This document shows positions 24,088-37,187 of a stretch of DNA of 64,000 nucleotides, one piece after another. The translations under genes were made by a program, and so were the position numbers. Where the stretch lies: NCBI GenBank assembly GCA_977017645.1, contig OZ360220.1, positions 259,036,001 through 259,100,000 on the forward strand, written 5' to 3'. The notes under the pieces are model-generated. The model saw nothing but the letters and a program-made list of their open reading frames with translations. It did no database searches and was not told the origin of the DNA. Source of the stretch: Torpedo marmorata. Its lineage: Eukaryota. Numbering within the stretch: position 1 is the stretch's first letter; each line of letters starts with the position of its first letter.

Positions 24088-25564
24088 ACTTTAAGAATGA
24101 CCACTGGCGACCAAGTCAATATTCTTAACAAATTGGATTTAGTTTTGTCATTGCTGTCAGAAGAGGGAAAATTACTTATTGATTGAGGATTTGTTTGAAT
24201 TTTTTATAGATTTGTGTGAATTCCTCGATTATTAAGATTTCAAAGTATTCACCCCATTTGTGCAAGTATGCTGTTCTTCAAATACTCTGAAAATACAGAA
24301 GTTTAAGTCAAAAGTAATCATTTCATGTGGGCAGGCTGAAATTTATTATTAATTGAACACATTTTAAGAGAAAAATATGTGAATAGTTTAGTTTTATTTC
24401 TCTGGCAAGTGTTTAATTTTCCAATTATTTTTACGGAGAGAGATCCACATTCTTCATTTGCATCTCAGTACCATCTTAAAATCCCCAAATTGCACTGCAT
24501 GTATTTGTATTTTCTGCACAATCTCTCACAATTATGTGATGATTCACCTCCTTTCTTTCTCGAACAATTTCTGAAATTGTTTCTCCTCATTACCAGCTAT
24601 TGTGTACGTGATGTCAGTTCTGCTGATGAGTCAAAGTAGAAGTTTCAGAGCCTGCAAGGTTGGAAGTATTGAAATCAAAAGTGTGGAAAGAAGCTAGTGA
24701 ATGGTTAGTACAAGACTACTCGTTTATGAAGACAGTGAACCTCAAAGAAAATTCAAGACAATTCGGGAATTAAAGTCAGGAAAGGAAACTATTGAACAAG
24801 GAAATTAAAACCAATTAATTTGTACAAAAAATGACTGTTTAATCCCATTATTTTAGCAGACATTTCTAATATCCAGTAAAAACATTTAAAAATACTTAAA
24901 GTAGGAGAAGAAATTTCCCATCTCTTTATCATTTGTGTTTTTTTTAATTTCAAGATGATAGCTCCTGTCAAAACCTTGGATTTGCATCAATGTTTTTTTT
25001 TCATTAATGTGTTTGTCATTCTGTTACTACTGCTGAAGCCTGATGTTCACAGAGATAATTTTTTACATCAAGACATTTCTTTCAAGTGTACAATGTTATT
25101 CCCATCATAGTCTCACAAAATGGAAGTTCATTTCCATTCAAAGCCTAATTGACAACCCATTAGAAATTAAAATGTTAACAACTTCTGTGGGTTGTTTCAA
25201 ATATGATTGACAAATAAATCCTTTGCTGAACTGTGAGCTGATGCAACAGCATACAGTTAATATAAAGGTGAAAGAAGACATGGTGCTGCTTTTCTATGGC
25301 CTCTTATTCCATGTGAAGTAGTACTGGTCCATTGCTCATGCTGACCCTCACAGCCCATTCACTCCATCTTCTTAAGACGAGTTGCTAGCAGCAGTTCTCT
25401 GGTGGACCGTGGGAGAAGAAATGACTTGATCTGAGTACTGAGCTGATCCTGACATTGAATAGTAAAACGAAAATCTGTAGACACCGTGGTTGAAGTAAAA
25501 AACACAAATGCTGGAGAAACTCAGCAGGTCAAACAGTGTCTTTTATGTAGCAAAGGTAGAAATA

Positions 25565-25605
25565 CATAACCGACGTTTCGGGCTTGAGCCCTTCATCAAA
25601 GTATG
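25565..25605 (-). ncRNA. Minimal hammerhead ribozyme motif
   Basis: Same motif as 6018-6058. Confidence 0.7.
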
Positions 25606-25998
25606 AGAAAATGCCGGCAGGCGTCCAAACAAAGGAGTGAGGGGGGAAGGGGGATGGCAAAGGCAGGAGATGTTAGGTGGAGAAAGGAGGGAGGGGACAG
25701 CAGCAAAGAGGGGGAGGAGGGATGGCTAGGTAGCTGGAGAAAAACAGGACGGACAGTTGAGGGGGGAGGGGAAGGGAACAACAAGCAGGTTTAGTGGAAA
25801 GCAGAAAAGTCAATGTTAATGCCATCTGGCTGGAGAGTGCCGAGACGGAATATGAGATGTTGTTCCTCCAATTTGCGGGTAGTCTGGGTGGGATAGTACA
25901 TGAGGCCATGGACAGACATGTGAGTGTGGGAGTGTGACCCGGAATTGAAATGGTTGGCTACTGGGAGGTCACTGTTGTTGCGGACGGAGAGGAGGTGC

Positions 25999-27948
25999 TC
26001 AGCAAAGTGGTCCCCAATCTACGATGTATAGAAAGCCACAAAGGGAACACCGGATGCAGTAAATAAGTTCTCTGGATGTACAAGTGAAGTGTAGTTTCAC
26101 TTGGAAGGCCTGTTTGGGGCCCTGGACCGTGGTGAGGGGGGAGGTGTGGGCGCAGGTGTTGCACCTCCTGCGGGCACAGGGGAAGGTTCCGGGGGTGCGA
26201 TGGGTGGGGAGGGATGAGTGCACGAGTGAATCGCGGAGGGAGCGGTCCCTACGGAAGGCCGAGAGGGGAGGAGAAGGAAAAATGTGTCTGGTGGTGGGAT
26301 CCTGTAGTAAGTGCCGGAAATTCCGGTGGATAATGTGTTGGATGCGGAGGCTGGTGGGGTGGTAGGTGAGGATGAGGGGGATTCTATGTTTGTTGCGTCT
26401 GGGGGCAGAGGGGGCCAGGGCAGATGAGTGGGAAATGGAGGAGATGCGGGTGAGGGCTGAGTTGATGGTGGTGGAGGGGAAGCCACGTTTGTGGAAAAAG
26501 GCAGACATTTCAGAAGATCTGGAGTGGAACACCTCATCTTGGGAACAGATGCGGCGGAGGCGGAGAAATTGAGAGAAGGGGATGGAGTCCTTGCAGGGGA
26601 CAGGGTGTGAGGATGTGTAGTCAAGATAGTTGTGGGAGTTGGAGGGTTTGTAGTAAATGTCGGTGGAAAGCTTGTCTCCCGAGATGGAGACAGAGAGATC
26701 CAGGAAGGGGAGAGTGTTATCGGAGATGGACCAGGTGAGTTTGAGATCATGGTGAAAGTTGGATGCGAAGTGGATGAAGTTGACAAGCTCATCGCGGGTG
26801 CATGAGGCAGCCCCGATGTAGTTGTCGATATACCGGAGGAAGAGATGAGGGGTCTTGCCTGTGTAGGCTTGCAGCATGGATTGCTCCACAAAGCCCACAA
26901 ACAGGCAGGCGTAGCTGGGACCCATGCGGGTACCCATGGCTACTCCTTTGATTTGGAGGAAGTTGAAGGAGAAGTTATTGAGAGTAAGGACAAGTTCTGC
27001 CAGGCGGAGGAGGGTGGTGGTAGAGGGTGACTGGTCGGGTCTTTGGTCCAGGAAGAAGCGAAGTGCTTTCAGACCTTCTGTGTGGGGAATAGAGTTATAA
27101 AGGGATTGGACATCCATGGTGAAGATGATGCGGTCCGGTTCAGGGAATCTGAAGTCATTGAGGAGATGGAGGGCATGTGAGGTGTCGCGGATGTAGGTGG
27201 GGAGGGATTGGACCAGGGGAGAAAAGATGGAGTCAAGGTAAGATGAAACTAGTTCGGTGGGGCAGGAGCAGGCAGAAACAATGGGTCTGCCCGGATGGTT
27301 GGGTTTGTGTATCTTGGGTAGAAGGTAGAAACGGGCAGTGCGGGGGTGGGGGAGAATGAGGTTGGTGGCCTTGGAGGGGAGGTGACCGTAGGTGATGAGG
27401 TCGGAGATGGTGTTGGAGACAGTGGCTTGATGTGCTGAGGTGGGGTCCTGTGGGAGGGGTCGGTAGGAAGAGGTGTCTGAGAGTTGTCGACTGGCCTCGG
27501 CAAGGTAGAGGTCAGTGCACCAGACCACAACCGCACCGCCCTTGTCTGCGGGTTTGATGGTGTGGTTAGGATTGTTGCGGAGAGAGTGGAGGGCAGAGCG
27601 TTCTGAGGAGGTGAGGTTGGAATACGAGAGGGGGGTGGTGAAGTTAAGACGGTTGATGTCTTGGCGGCAGTTGGAAATAAAAAGGTCCAGAGAGGGCAGC
27701 TGGCCAGAGCGAGGTGTCCAGGAAGAGGAAGAAGGCTTGAAGCGGGAGAAAGGGTCTTGGGTGGGGGGTGGAGAATCACGGTCATGGAAGTGAGCACGGA
27801 GGCGGAGGCGACGGAAGAAGAGTTCGGCATCATGGCGTGCGTGGAACTCGTTGAGGTGTTGGCGGAGGGGGACAAAGGTGAGGCCTCTACTGAGGATGGA
27901 GCGCTCCCTCTCAGAGAGGGGAAGGTCGGAGGGGATAGTAAAAACCAA
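25999..27948 (-). pseudogene. Penelope reverse transcriptase-GIY-YIG ORF (defective)
   Basis: IKPADKGG, FYLLPKIHK, PGRPIVS, MDVQSLY, GVAMGTRMGPSYA; catalytic RYIDD appears as RYIDN; GIY-YIG region LIYCIRC..CGFLYI is broken by a deletion and frameshift near 26025. Confidence 0.9.
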
Positions 27949-28427
27949 GCAGGGGTTAGAGTGGGGATCGGTGTTGTGGAGGGTGTTGGGGGGAGGGGTA
28001 GGGTTGGGGTGGTCAGAGGGGGGAGGTGGAGAGTGGGGGAGGTTGGAGGGTGGGGGAGGGGGGGTCGGAGGGGGGAGGTGAGGAGTAGGGGAGGTAGGAG
28101 GGTGGGAGAGGGGGGTAGGGAGGGTAGCCAGAGAGAGGGGGGGTGATGGAGGGAAGGGAAGGGATGAGGTCTAAGGGTGGGGGAGGAGAGTGGGGCAGAG
28201 AGGGGGAGATGTGGGTGGAGTAGGGAGAGGTGCAGGAGGAGAGGGAAGGAGTAGTGAGGGGGATAGGTAAGTGGGATCTTGTTGCAAGATGAGGACTCCA
28301 GTGGCAGTCAGCGTGGGAGGCTCCAGCAGGTAACAGTCTGTGTCGGGAGTCGGCGGTGGAGGCATCGGGAACTCTGGTGAGTAGAGGCTCGGGGTCTTAC
28401 GTCTTAATTTTTCTCCCGACATTTTTC

Positions 28428-28468
28428 CATACCTTGATGAAGGGCTCAAGCCCGAAACGTCGGTTATG
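28428..28468 (+). ncRNA. Minimal hammerhead ribozyme motif, sense to the SLC24A2 pre-mRNA
   Basis: CATACC-TTGATGA-AGGGCTCAAGCCC-GAAACGTC-GGTTATG; stem I CAUACC/GGUUAUG with a 1-nt bulge. Confidence 0.72.
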
Positions 28469-29009
28469 TATTTTTACCTTTGCTATATAAAGGACATTGC
28501 TTGACCTGCTGAGTTTCTCCAGCATTGTGTTTTTACTTCAACCATGGTGACTGCAGATTTTCGTGTTTTACTTCTAAACTCTTTTAATCCTGACTGAAAT
28601 AAAAATCATTCTTTCAGATTTTTAATTGAATCTTTCAGTAGTTCAGCCCTCACTTTGGGCGGTGGCAGGTTTGTTCATGCCTCATTAATTGCCTATTATA
28701 AGTAGACCTTGAGTTTTCTTGAGTTATTTCAACTTGTAGTCCTTGAACCTTTCAAAATCATTTCCCTCACCAGGTTTCAATTGATTTGTTATGGCAACAT
28801 TTGTTTCCACCAAGTATTTTCCACAGCCTTCAGTTGGTGATTTATGTTTTTTTCCAAATTTAGTTACGAATGCTCCTCAGGTAGCTGTTGATTATCCAAA
28901 AAGTGACGAGTTGAGCGATGGTTTCTGCTGTAGTCTCTGTAGATATTCCTGGAACATGTGTTTCATGGTGATAAGCAATAGACAACTTGACATAAATAGT
29001 GTACAGTGC

Positions 29010-29290
29010 ATGATTTAACTGGAGAGTGCACAGAAAAAATTGACAAGGATATTGCCATAATTTGGAAATTCTAGTGATCAAGAAAGATTGGATAAATTGA
29101 GGTTGTTTGCTTTGGAAAAGCGACAACTAAGGGGAAAAGTAATTGAGGTGTATAAAAATAAAATACAAATAGCTTGTATTCCTTTGCAGAGTATCAAATA
29201 TCAGTGGACATAGATTTAAAAGTAATTTATAGAATTACCTAAAGGGTATTAGTGATCTGGAACTCACTGCCTGAATGGTGCCAGCAGCAT
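29010..29290 (+). mobile_element. Degraded CR1 3' fragment
   Basis: CTGGAGAGTGCACAGAAAAAATTGACAAGGAT and ATCTGGAACTCACTGCCTGA are CR1-like motifs. Confidence 0.55.
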
Positions 29291-29625
29291 CCTTCTCCAA
29301 ACATTCTTGGCAAATCTGCATTCTGAAAAGAGGGGTCTCTCAAAGAGACCGTCTCCACTCCACCGCAGTCACCTCGGGAACAACATGCGTTGTGGGTGAT
29401 ATTTCTGTTGTGCAGGAAGGATCTGACTGGGAGGGCTCCTCTCACCACCAGACAGACCATGTCCTGGTGCTTATTAGTGAGCTCTGGCGATGAGGCATTT
29501 CACCAGATGACCTGGACAGTCTGCTCAGGGAACCACTCCACAGTACCCATCGAGTTCTCATCTCTTAGCGTCTGCAGGACATTCCATGCTAACCACTGCC
29601 TGATGGACATGGTCTATTGAACATG
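29291..29625 (-). mobile_element. Tx1/L1-type ORF2 C-terminal fragment
   Basis: Minus ORF LVVRGALPVRSFLHNRNI...CSRGDCGGVETV resembles the Tx1 zinc-knuckle region. Confidence 0.55.
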
Positions 29626-32600
29626 GTTCTGTATCTTTGTAACTAGGCAGGGAAAGGCATTAAAAAAAAATGTTCATGTTAATTGGCCCTCATCAACACC
29701 ATTCACTGCAGTACTATAAAGGTTTGGTTACCATATTGAGTCATTTTCTTCTGTGTTTGAACAGACTTAGAGACACAATCGACTTGTGGGCATATGTAAA
29801 AATGGAAACCATTCGCAACCGGAGAAGGCCTGAATTAGTTATTAGTTTAATGCTTTAATTAATTATTTTAATGATATTAGTGTCTCTTTTTTAATTTAAA
29901 CAGTGTTAAAATGGTTAATATTTGAAATGCCTGATACCTTTGATAGATGGTAGAGCTTTGCAACCTTTAAATACTTGCAAAAGTGTTTTGAGGACAGGGC
30001 ATGTTGCAATCCACCCCCATGATCATTACCACATCAGAGGCCTTGTCACCACTCAGGGTCTGCTTCTTGGACAGTAGGACCATGTTCAGATCAGGGAGAA
30101 GAGCAATGGCAGGCCATGGGACCATACCAATGCAACATGGCAAAATCTTCCAGAGGAATTTGTCCCTACATGAAATATATTTTATAGTCTGAATCATGTA
30201 TTTTCCACTTCATTTTTTTTTAATCTGAAAGAGAAGTTTTTCTTATTATTATTACCTATAATCTTTGTCTTTTACTTCTTCAGTCATTCTTAGCAAAATA
30301 ACAGAAAATATTTTTCCTTATGGAAAGTTAGGTTAGATGAAAGGGAGAAATAATTTCAGTCAAAGAAAAGAAAAATCTGATTTAACGGTAAATCTGAGTG
30401 AGCAACAGTTGAGGATGCGGAATGCTAGGAATCTGAGAACAAAGTGGGCTTCACCGAATCATTATTAAAATGGGATAGTACTGGATTTTAATGATGGTAA
30501 TGACAATGCTAACACAACTGGAATGGACGTCATTGTAATTGATTATAATAACGGAATACTTTGTGTAATATTCTTTTATGATATATAATAGCAATGAAGG
30601 AAAGTATTTATTATGAATAACAGGAGATAGAATAAAGGTGTTGCTTCCAAAAGCTAACTTGCAAAATACCCCATGATTTAAATACTGAACAATTCAGTGC
30701 TGCTTAGTGTAGCTATAAATAAATATATGGCATTTGTTTGGCACTAGTCATTTCTCATATTTGCTCACTCCTTGCCAAGCTCTTCCACAGACTCTTGCCA
30801 GTGAAGAAGCGAAAATAGCAATTAAGTGAGAACACAATGGCAAAATGAGCAAAATGTGTTACTTGCTGCAATACGTAATGGCGCCAAATGGGGCTGGTTT
30901 TAGTAAGCAACTGACATAGAAATAGAGGGCTGAGCTTTAATTGTACTGCTGCACTGTCAAGAGAGGGTTCAGCATTGTGAATACCAATACTTGGCACTGG
31001 TTTGTGGGAAAGACATACATGTGTTCATTCTCAAAAACTAAGGTGAAACTGCATTGGAAGGAAACTTGAGCAATAATGAAAAGGCAAAATTGATAAATTA
31101 GAATTTGAAATTCAAGAAAGAACAATATAGCAAAGTTGTGGAGAATGAAATTCTTTCAATATTCACTTGTAATGAATTGACCTGTGGGATAATAAGGTAT
31201 AATTGCAAGGGTGTACAAAGTTTTGATTGATTAAAGTACTTCAGGACCATTCATAATGATGTGTTCAAAGCATAATATAAATAGGCCCTGAAATGGACCA
31301 TGCCCTCCTAAGAAGGTTGATTTGTGGCCTATGTTAGCTGAAGGCTGAGTATTAATATCAAAAAGTCCTGACAATTTTAATAGGTTTAGGTACACATAAG
31401 ATGTGTGGGTTATCACATCATGACATATGTCATTATCACTCCTGTTTTATGTTCATTAAACAGGTGCAATGATGTTGAAACTCTTCCCCCATGGTGGTCA
31501 GGGATTCATTGTGAACAAAGGGGGAGCAAAACAGATATAGTACAGGGCAGGCACCTGGAACACTTTACCCACCTGTTAGCTGGTTTCTGCTCAAAGCTGA
31601 TCCTTTTAAAATCATTCTATATACTGCATTGCTTCTGTTGTATCCCACAAGAATATTAATGGACATCCATAATGTGTATGTGGCTTTGGTACCTTTTACA
31701 GTTTCAGAAAGTTCAGAGAATTTGTCATCTGCATTATGGAGGCAAACGCACATCAAGGACATAATTGCAGCCAAGAGATATATGGCAACAGATTTTCTTG
31801 AAGCATAACTGTATTCTTGAACATGGAGAGAATTCCTCTCTTTTCAAATGTTCTATGGAATCTCGTGCATTCAATGAATTAGGAAAATTACATTCTAGTC
31901 TCATGTCAAGTATACCTGATAGCATTGAAAACATCAAAGCACTCCTTCAGTGTGTGCAAAGGTCAGTGTGATGCACTCAAGTCTTGGAATAGGGTTGGAG
32001 AACAAGCCCCACAAACCCAGGGGTAGCACTACTGCACACACTTCACAGCTGTGCCAATTCTGTGGAAGCCGTCCTTTGAGCTGCGTGATTGTCCTCCCCT
32101 CAGTCACGTCAGCCAGCAAAACAAACGTCAAGATGGCTTCAGGTCTGTCAGCTCAATTGTTTAAGACTAAGTGAATATTAAAAACATAACTCCCTGGCAT
32201 TCATTCTTGAATGTTAGTGAGAAACTGGGTTTATTTTATAGCTGCAAGTAATTTTTTAAATATTGACTCCTTGAATATTTTTTTGGAACCCTACTCAGTG
32301 ATAAAATTGTGAGGAGTATAATATCATGGTAAATGTTGTTCTTTCAAGATGTAATTGTTGAAACATGTAATGCCTCAAAACTCAATCACAAATATGAAAT
32401 TAAGTCATAGGAATTTCCATGTGATCAGATTTCAGCTTTGTAAATGGAGTGATTTGTCTCTCATCATTCGTGCCATCAAATTCATCATTTGTATGTATCA
32501 ATTCCACAATAATTAACAAATATTAAAAATATGTGATCTGTACAATGCAATATACCTTTTTGAAAAGTAGACCAATTATTTTAATTTATTTCAAATGCAT

Positions 32601-33332
32601 TGCAATATCATCAGTTATTTTCTTTTATTATTTCATCTAATATAGCATTGTGCCAGGGATATATTTGCTCTGATTTTAGCAACTCGCAGCACTGGATTGG
32701 CATATTTTATCTTATTTGCCAAACAGCTACTCAGCCACTTTGAACAGATTTAGTGAGCACTGCAGTGTCCAGCAGTGATGCAAAACTGAGTTCAAATCAG
32801 AAGATTCTCTCTGTGGAATCTGAGAAAATGCAAATCCTTATTTGGAGCTAGGCTGAGGCAATGTCTTTGTAAGGGTTGTGTAGCTGTGGGAACAGGGAGA
32901 GTGGAATATGGTGTCCAAATGAGCAAAAGCCTAAGTTTTTATTGAGGTCCAAACTTTCCTTGAGATCTAGATGCTCAGCCTTGCCTGGAACATCTTGGAG
33001 TTCCTGGCTTCCCGACAACTTCATCCAATGGGCTGGCCATTCCAGAGTGGGTTAGTATCAAAATTAGCCAGCATTGTTTGCATCAGACCCAAGTTTGCAT
33101 TTATTGCCAGACATCCTGACAGCATTCAGCAAAAATTGGGTGGAAAATTGAGCTGCCCTGTTTTAATCATGGTCTGTTCTTTTTATGGGCATCATTTAAG
33201 ATTGCTCATAACATTTCACTGGTTGTACAAAATGTAGACAGATTACTGTAAATACATGAATTCATGGATCTCTGTGGTATGATTTTTCATTCAAGAGGCA
33301 AAAGTAAGCACTCATTCCTTTCTTTGTTGCAG

Positions 33333-33431
33333 GTAAATTCCGTCACAGAGCTTCAATACTTCACAAATTGGCCAAAAACAAATGCAACGTGGATGACAGT
33401 GAGAAAGCCAATAGCACTACTAATCACACGG
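33333..33431 (+). CDS. SLC24A2: SLC24A2 internal exon, 99 nt
   Basis: ttgcag|...|gtaagg; (G)KFRHRASILHKLAKNKCNVDDSEKANSTTNHT is homologous to NCKX2 GRFREKASILHKIAKKKC. Confidence 0.93.
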
Positions 33432-35577
33432 GTAAGGCTTTCTGATACAAGAACTGCCGCAAGAGCAGACATATTCTCATGGTGTTGATTTCAGACCTTT
33501 TTCCTAAGCAGCTCCACAAAAGCAGAATATGAAGATAAAGTAAATGTTGTTTTATAAACTTGTTCATCTACAATTGCCAGTTGCTTGTGTATTTGGAAAA
33601 ACCAATGTCCATCAACATACCGCAATGTATCCCAAACAGAAGTACAAATTTTACTGTAATGTCATTTGGATTTAAATCCAAAATTTTTATTTTGTGCAGA
33701 ATTGTATTTTGTCTTTGTAATATGGAAACAAGAAAGTTTCAATTAAAGATAATGAGCCTGAAATGAAAGCCATTCTCCCTGTCCACTGACGCTCCCTGAC
33801 TTGTGAAGTATACTAGAATTTACTTTTTTTTATTTTGCGTTTCTGGCATCAGCAGTTTTTTTACTTATTTGGGCCCCAGAGAGATCATTTCACCAATCCA
33901 ACCTACTCCTTCATTCTGTTTAATTAAAAAAACACATTTACTTCTTCATAGTTGTTAATATCCTCACTTCCCAAATAGGTATATATCTCAAGGGAAAGAA
34001 CGGATGGGCAAAAGTTACCAGCCTTGTTAAGGGACCCTCATCCTGAAAATTTAATAAAAATGTCCTTGCAGGAGTTGCAGGTGGGGATCTCTATTTTAAG
34101 TGCCTGAATCAGTTAATCCATTTAATCAATATGAAAAATAATGAACCAATGTTTTAACATTGTCAAACTGCAGTTATCTTCTATCCCTGTTTTTTCATTT
34201 GTGCTTTAATTTCTCTTAAAGCTAGGTTGTCAGTTTTTGAAAGGGTATTTATTTGAAACTAAACCATAAAACAGTGCTGCCCTCGAAGTTCCCAACATTC
34301 GCCTGATACCTGCTCAGAGGTTTCCTTCTGCCACACAGAGGTAGACCACAAAGCCACCATGGACATCCTCTGTAACAGTGGCTTATGAAAGGTGCAAGCC
34401 TCTCGGTGAGAATGAGAGTCATGAAAGTGATATCCAAGTATGCACTGCACACTCTGCATGTCCACGTTCTATTGTGCATTAATGCATTAAACACATGAAT
34501 GAACATGGATGAGCAGCTTAGACATTTTAGTTTCAAAGTCCTTTATTTTCACTAGCTGATCCCATGTCTTATCAAGATCCCTGAGAGGGCATTGCACCAT
34601 TATCGGCTCTCATTTAACTCTGGTTCCACTCAACTAATACCTCTGCATTCTGCTCCCTGTTCATTGCTGTATTTGCATGGGATACTATCAAGTCAGGCAT
34701 GAGGCACAGCAAAGATGGAACATTCCTTTGCAAATTTGACGTCATTCCCACTCCTCAGACCATGTCCCCTCAATTCTCAGCACTAGTTAATGCAGCCTGA
34801 AATGCTGCTGAGAGATATTCCACTGACAGCTGTAAAACACAGTCTGAATGTTCAGACCCATGGTCATCAATGCCTAAGGAAGGATGAGGGTAACAGTGGG
34901 ATGGAACGTGGAACTGATCATCCCCATGTTGATTGAGCAATGAATCAGATCACATTGACCTTAGGTGCTGTTATTCAGTGCTACTGTGCTGACCCACTGA
35001 AATTTTCATCATGATTTTTCCTCTGAGCATTGTCACTTAAATGCAGATGTCTGCAATTAAAGGATCAGACTGCTGTCTTTCCAGAATGAGAAGTGTCCAT
35101 AAGTACAATCACCACTGGTCTCCTTTAGTCATGAAGTCCTAAAAGCTCAATTTTGGACATCACCAGAGTTTCTATCTAGGTTTCATTAATAATATCATTA
35201 AGTTAAGATCTGGGTGTGATCTGCACATCATGAATGAAAAACACATGAAACTCGTGTCATCTATATGCTGTGCAGTTATGCAATAGTCAACAGATTGCTA
35301 TCTAATTATGGATCAACAGTAAAATAATTGCTATTTGATTCAGCCCTGTGCAAGAATAGTTAATAATAATAAATTACAGGATTAGTGAGACATCAAAAAT
35401 CTGTAGGTTTTCTTATTTAACACAGATTGAAGTCATTGTATGTCATTATTTTGAACAAAATATAATGTTTATTTATGTTTCAGGAAAGGATACATTTCTA
35501 ATTATTGAATTACTCAAATGTAAGCAGGTGGATGTCATATTTTAAATATTCATATGATTGCTGTCAAATTGATTTCT

Positions 35578-36270
35578 TAAGTTCAGTTCAAGTTTACCGT
35601 TCACCGATTGTACTGTACAAGTATAACCCAACGAAACAGCGTTCTCCGGCCCTCGGTGGAAAAACATGTATATACACAACCAGACATATCACACATACAG
35701 ACAAGTGATATTTATGCAGTACATATATACATATATTAAAATAAATATATATTGTTTAATAAATAGTAGTCTCGGAGGGATAGTATGAGCAGTTCATTCA
35801 GTCGTTCACCAGTCTCACTGCCCGTGGGAAGAAGCAGTTTCTCAGCCTGGTGGTTCTGGCTCTGATACTCCTGTATCTCTTTCCCGACAGGAGTAAGCTG
35901 AAAGATGCTGCATCCAAGGTGGTAGGGGTCCTCAACGATTTTGTGCACCCTCTTCAAACAATGATCCCGGTAGATCACATCGATGGGAGGGGGGGGGTGG
36001 GGAAGACCCCAGTGATCCCCACTGCCACTCTTAAGGTCTTGTGGATTAACCTCCTATCCAAGATTCTGCAGCAACTGTACCCCACTGTGATGCAGCCGGC
36101 CAGGATGCTCTTGATGGAGCTCCTGTAGAAAGTTGACAGGATGGTGGCCGGTAGCCTTGCCCACCTCAGTTTCCTCAGGAAGTGCAGTCGCCATTGCACC
36201 TTCCTGACAAGTGACTCCAGGATAGGTCACTTGTTAAGTGAACTCTGAAAAACTTGGTGCTCTCTACAGT
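35578..36270 (-). mobile_element. Rex1/Babar 3' fragment
   Basis: Minus ORF RLHFLRKLR...STFYRSSIKSILAGCITV and a CTTGAACTGAACTT tail. Confidence 0.8.
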
Positions 36271-36547
36271 ACTGAATTATTTTTCTGGGTCCAAAGTTTA
36301 AGAAACGATGATCTTTAATCAATAAAATGATTTGAACAATGGGAGGAGAAGGAATGTTTACTCTGTTCTCACTCAGAGCATAATTTTTTTTTAAATGAAA
36401 AACATTGACCATGTCACCAAATTGTTTTGTACCATTGCACAAGTTCAGTCATTATTCTTTTGAAAGTACCGGTAACTTTAAAAAGGGATTCAGACAGAAA
36501 CTTGAAACAGAAAACTTTGAGAGACGAATGGACTGGATGGCTCATTA

Positions 36548-36745
36548 GGGGTGGGAGCAGAGTGGCAGAACTGGTGGAGTTGCTGCCTCACAGCTCTCAT
36601 GAGGTCGGTTCAAACCTGACTTCCAATTCTGTCTCCGTGGAGTTTGCACGTCCTCGCTGTGACTGCTTGGGTTCCCTCTGGGTGCTCTGATTTCCTCCCA
36701 TATCCCAAAGACGTGCAGCTTGTTCAGTTAATTTGCCACTGCGCT
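36548..36745 (+). mobile_element. Older V-SINE
   Basis: GCTGCCTCACAGC...GGTTCAAACCTGAC...GTGGAGTTTGCACGT...GGGTGCTCTGATTTCCTCCCA. Confidence 0.75.
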
Positions 36746-37068
36746 TCCACAAGGGCACTATTTTGGTTAGACATTAACATACTGATACAGCATGACCACA
36801 CTTTTTGGGGAAAGGAGAATATTGAATTATGCATCCCTGTTGCAGCTGACGTTTGAAAATAAATGATTTCTGGCCAGCTCTGTCCACCATCAACAGGATT
36901 CAAGAGTTGTATTACGTGAATTTATGGGTTTCGAAATTTTAGAACACATTTAATTGTTTGTATCAATATATTTCGCATAACGTAAGCTTTTTAAGAAACT
37001 GAATTGTTATTTTGTTGAGCATTTTGGGGTCACTTTCTAATTAGTTGTGTGTTCCTTACTTTATGCAG

Positions 37069-37187
37069 ACAAAGTAGAGCTGCCAAACACAGCCAATGTA
37101 GAAGTTGAAGTAACACCTCCGAAGGATCCTCCCGCAGCGGTGCAAAACGGAAGCCTGCCCAATGGAGCAGAGGTGGCAGTGGGCCAG
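37069..37187 (+). CDS. SLC24A2: SLC24A2 internal exon, 119 nt
   Basis: atgcag|...CAG|gtctgt; (D)KVELPNTANVEVEVTPPKDPPAAVQNGSLPNGAEVAVGQ is homologous to NCKX2 EKIELPNS...VQNG; phase 1-0 fits the flanking exons. Confidence 0.88.

Larger units (their letters stand above)
25461..28573 (-). mobile_element. Penelope-like element (Neptune type) with inverted pLTR at the 5' end
   Basis: RT plus GIY-YIG ORF; pLTR 25461-25610 is repeated in inverted orientation at 28420-28573; low-complexity G-rich tract at 27950-28270. Confidence 0.93.

Noticed and set aside
26097-28449. Ser/Pro/Thr-rich and Gly-rich ORFs overlapping the Penelope element
   Set aside because: These are alternative-frame and antisense products of the C-rich coding strand and its low-complexity tract
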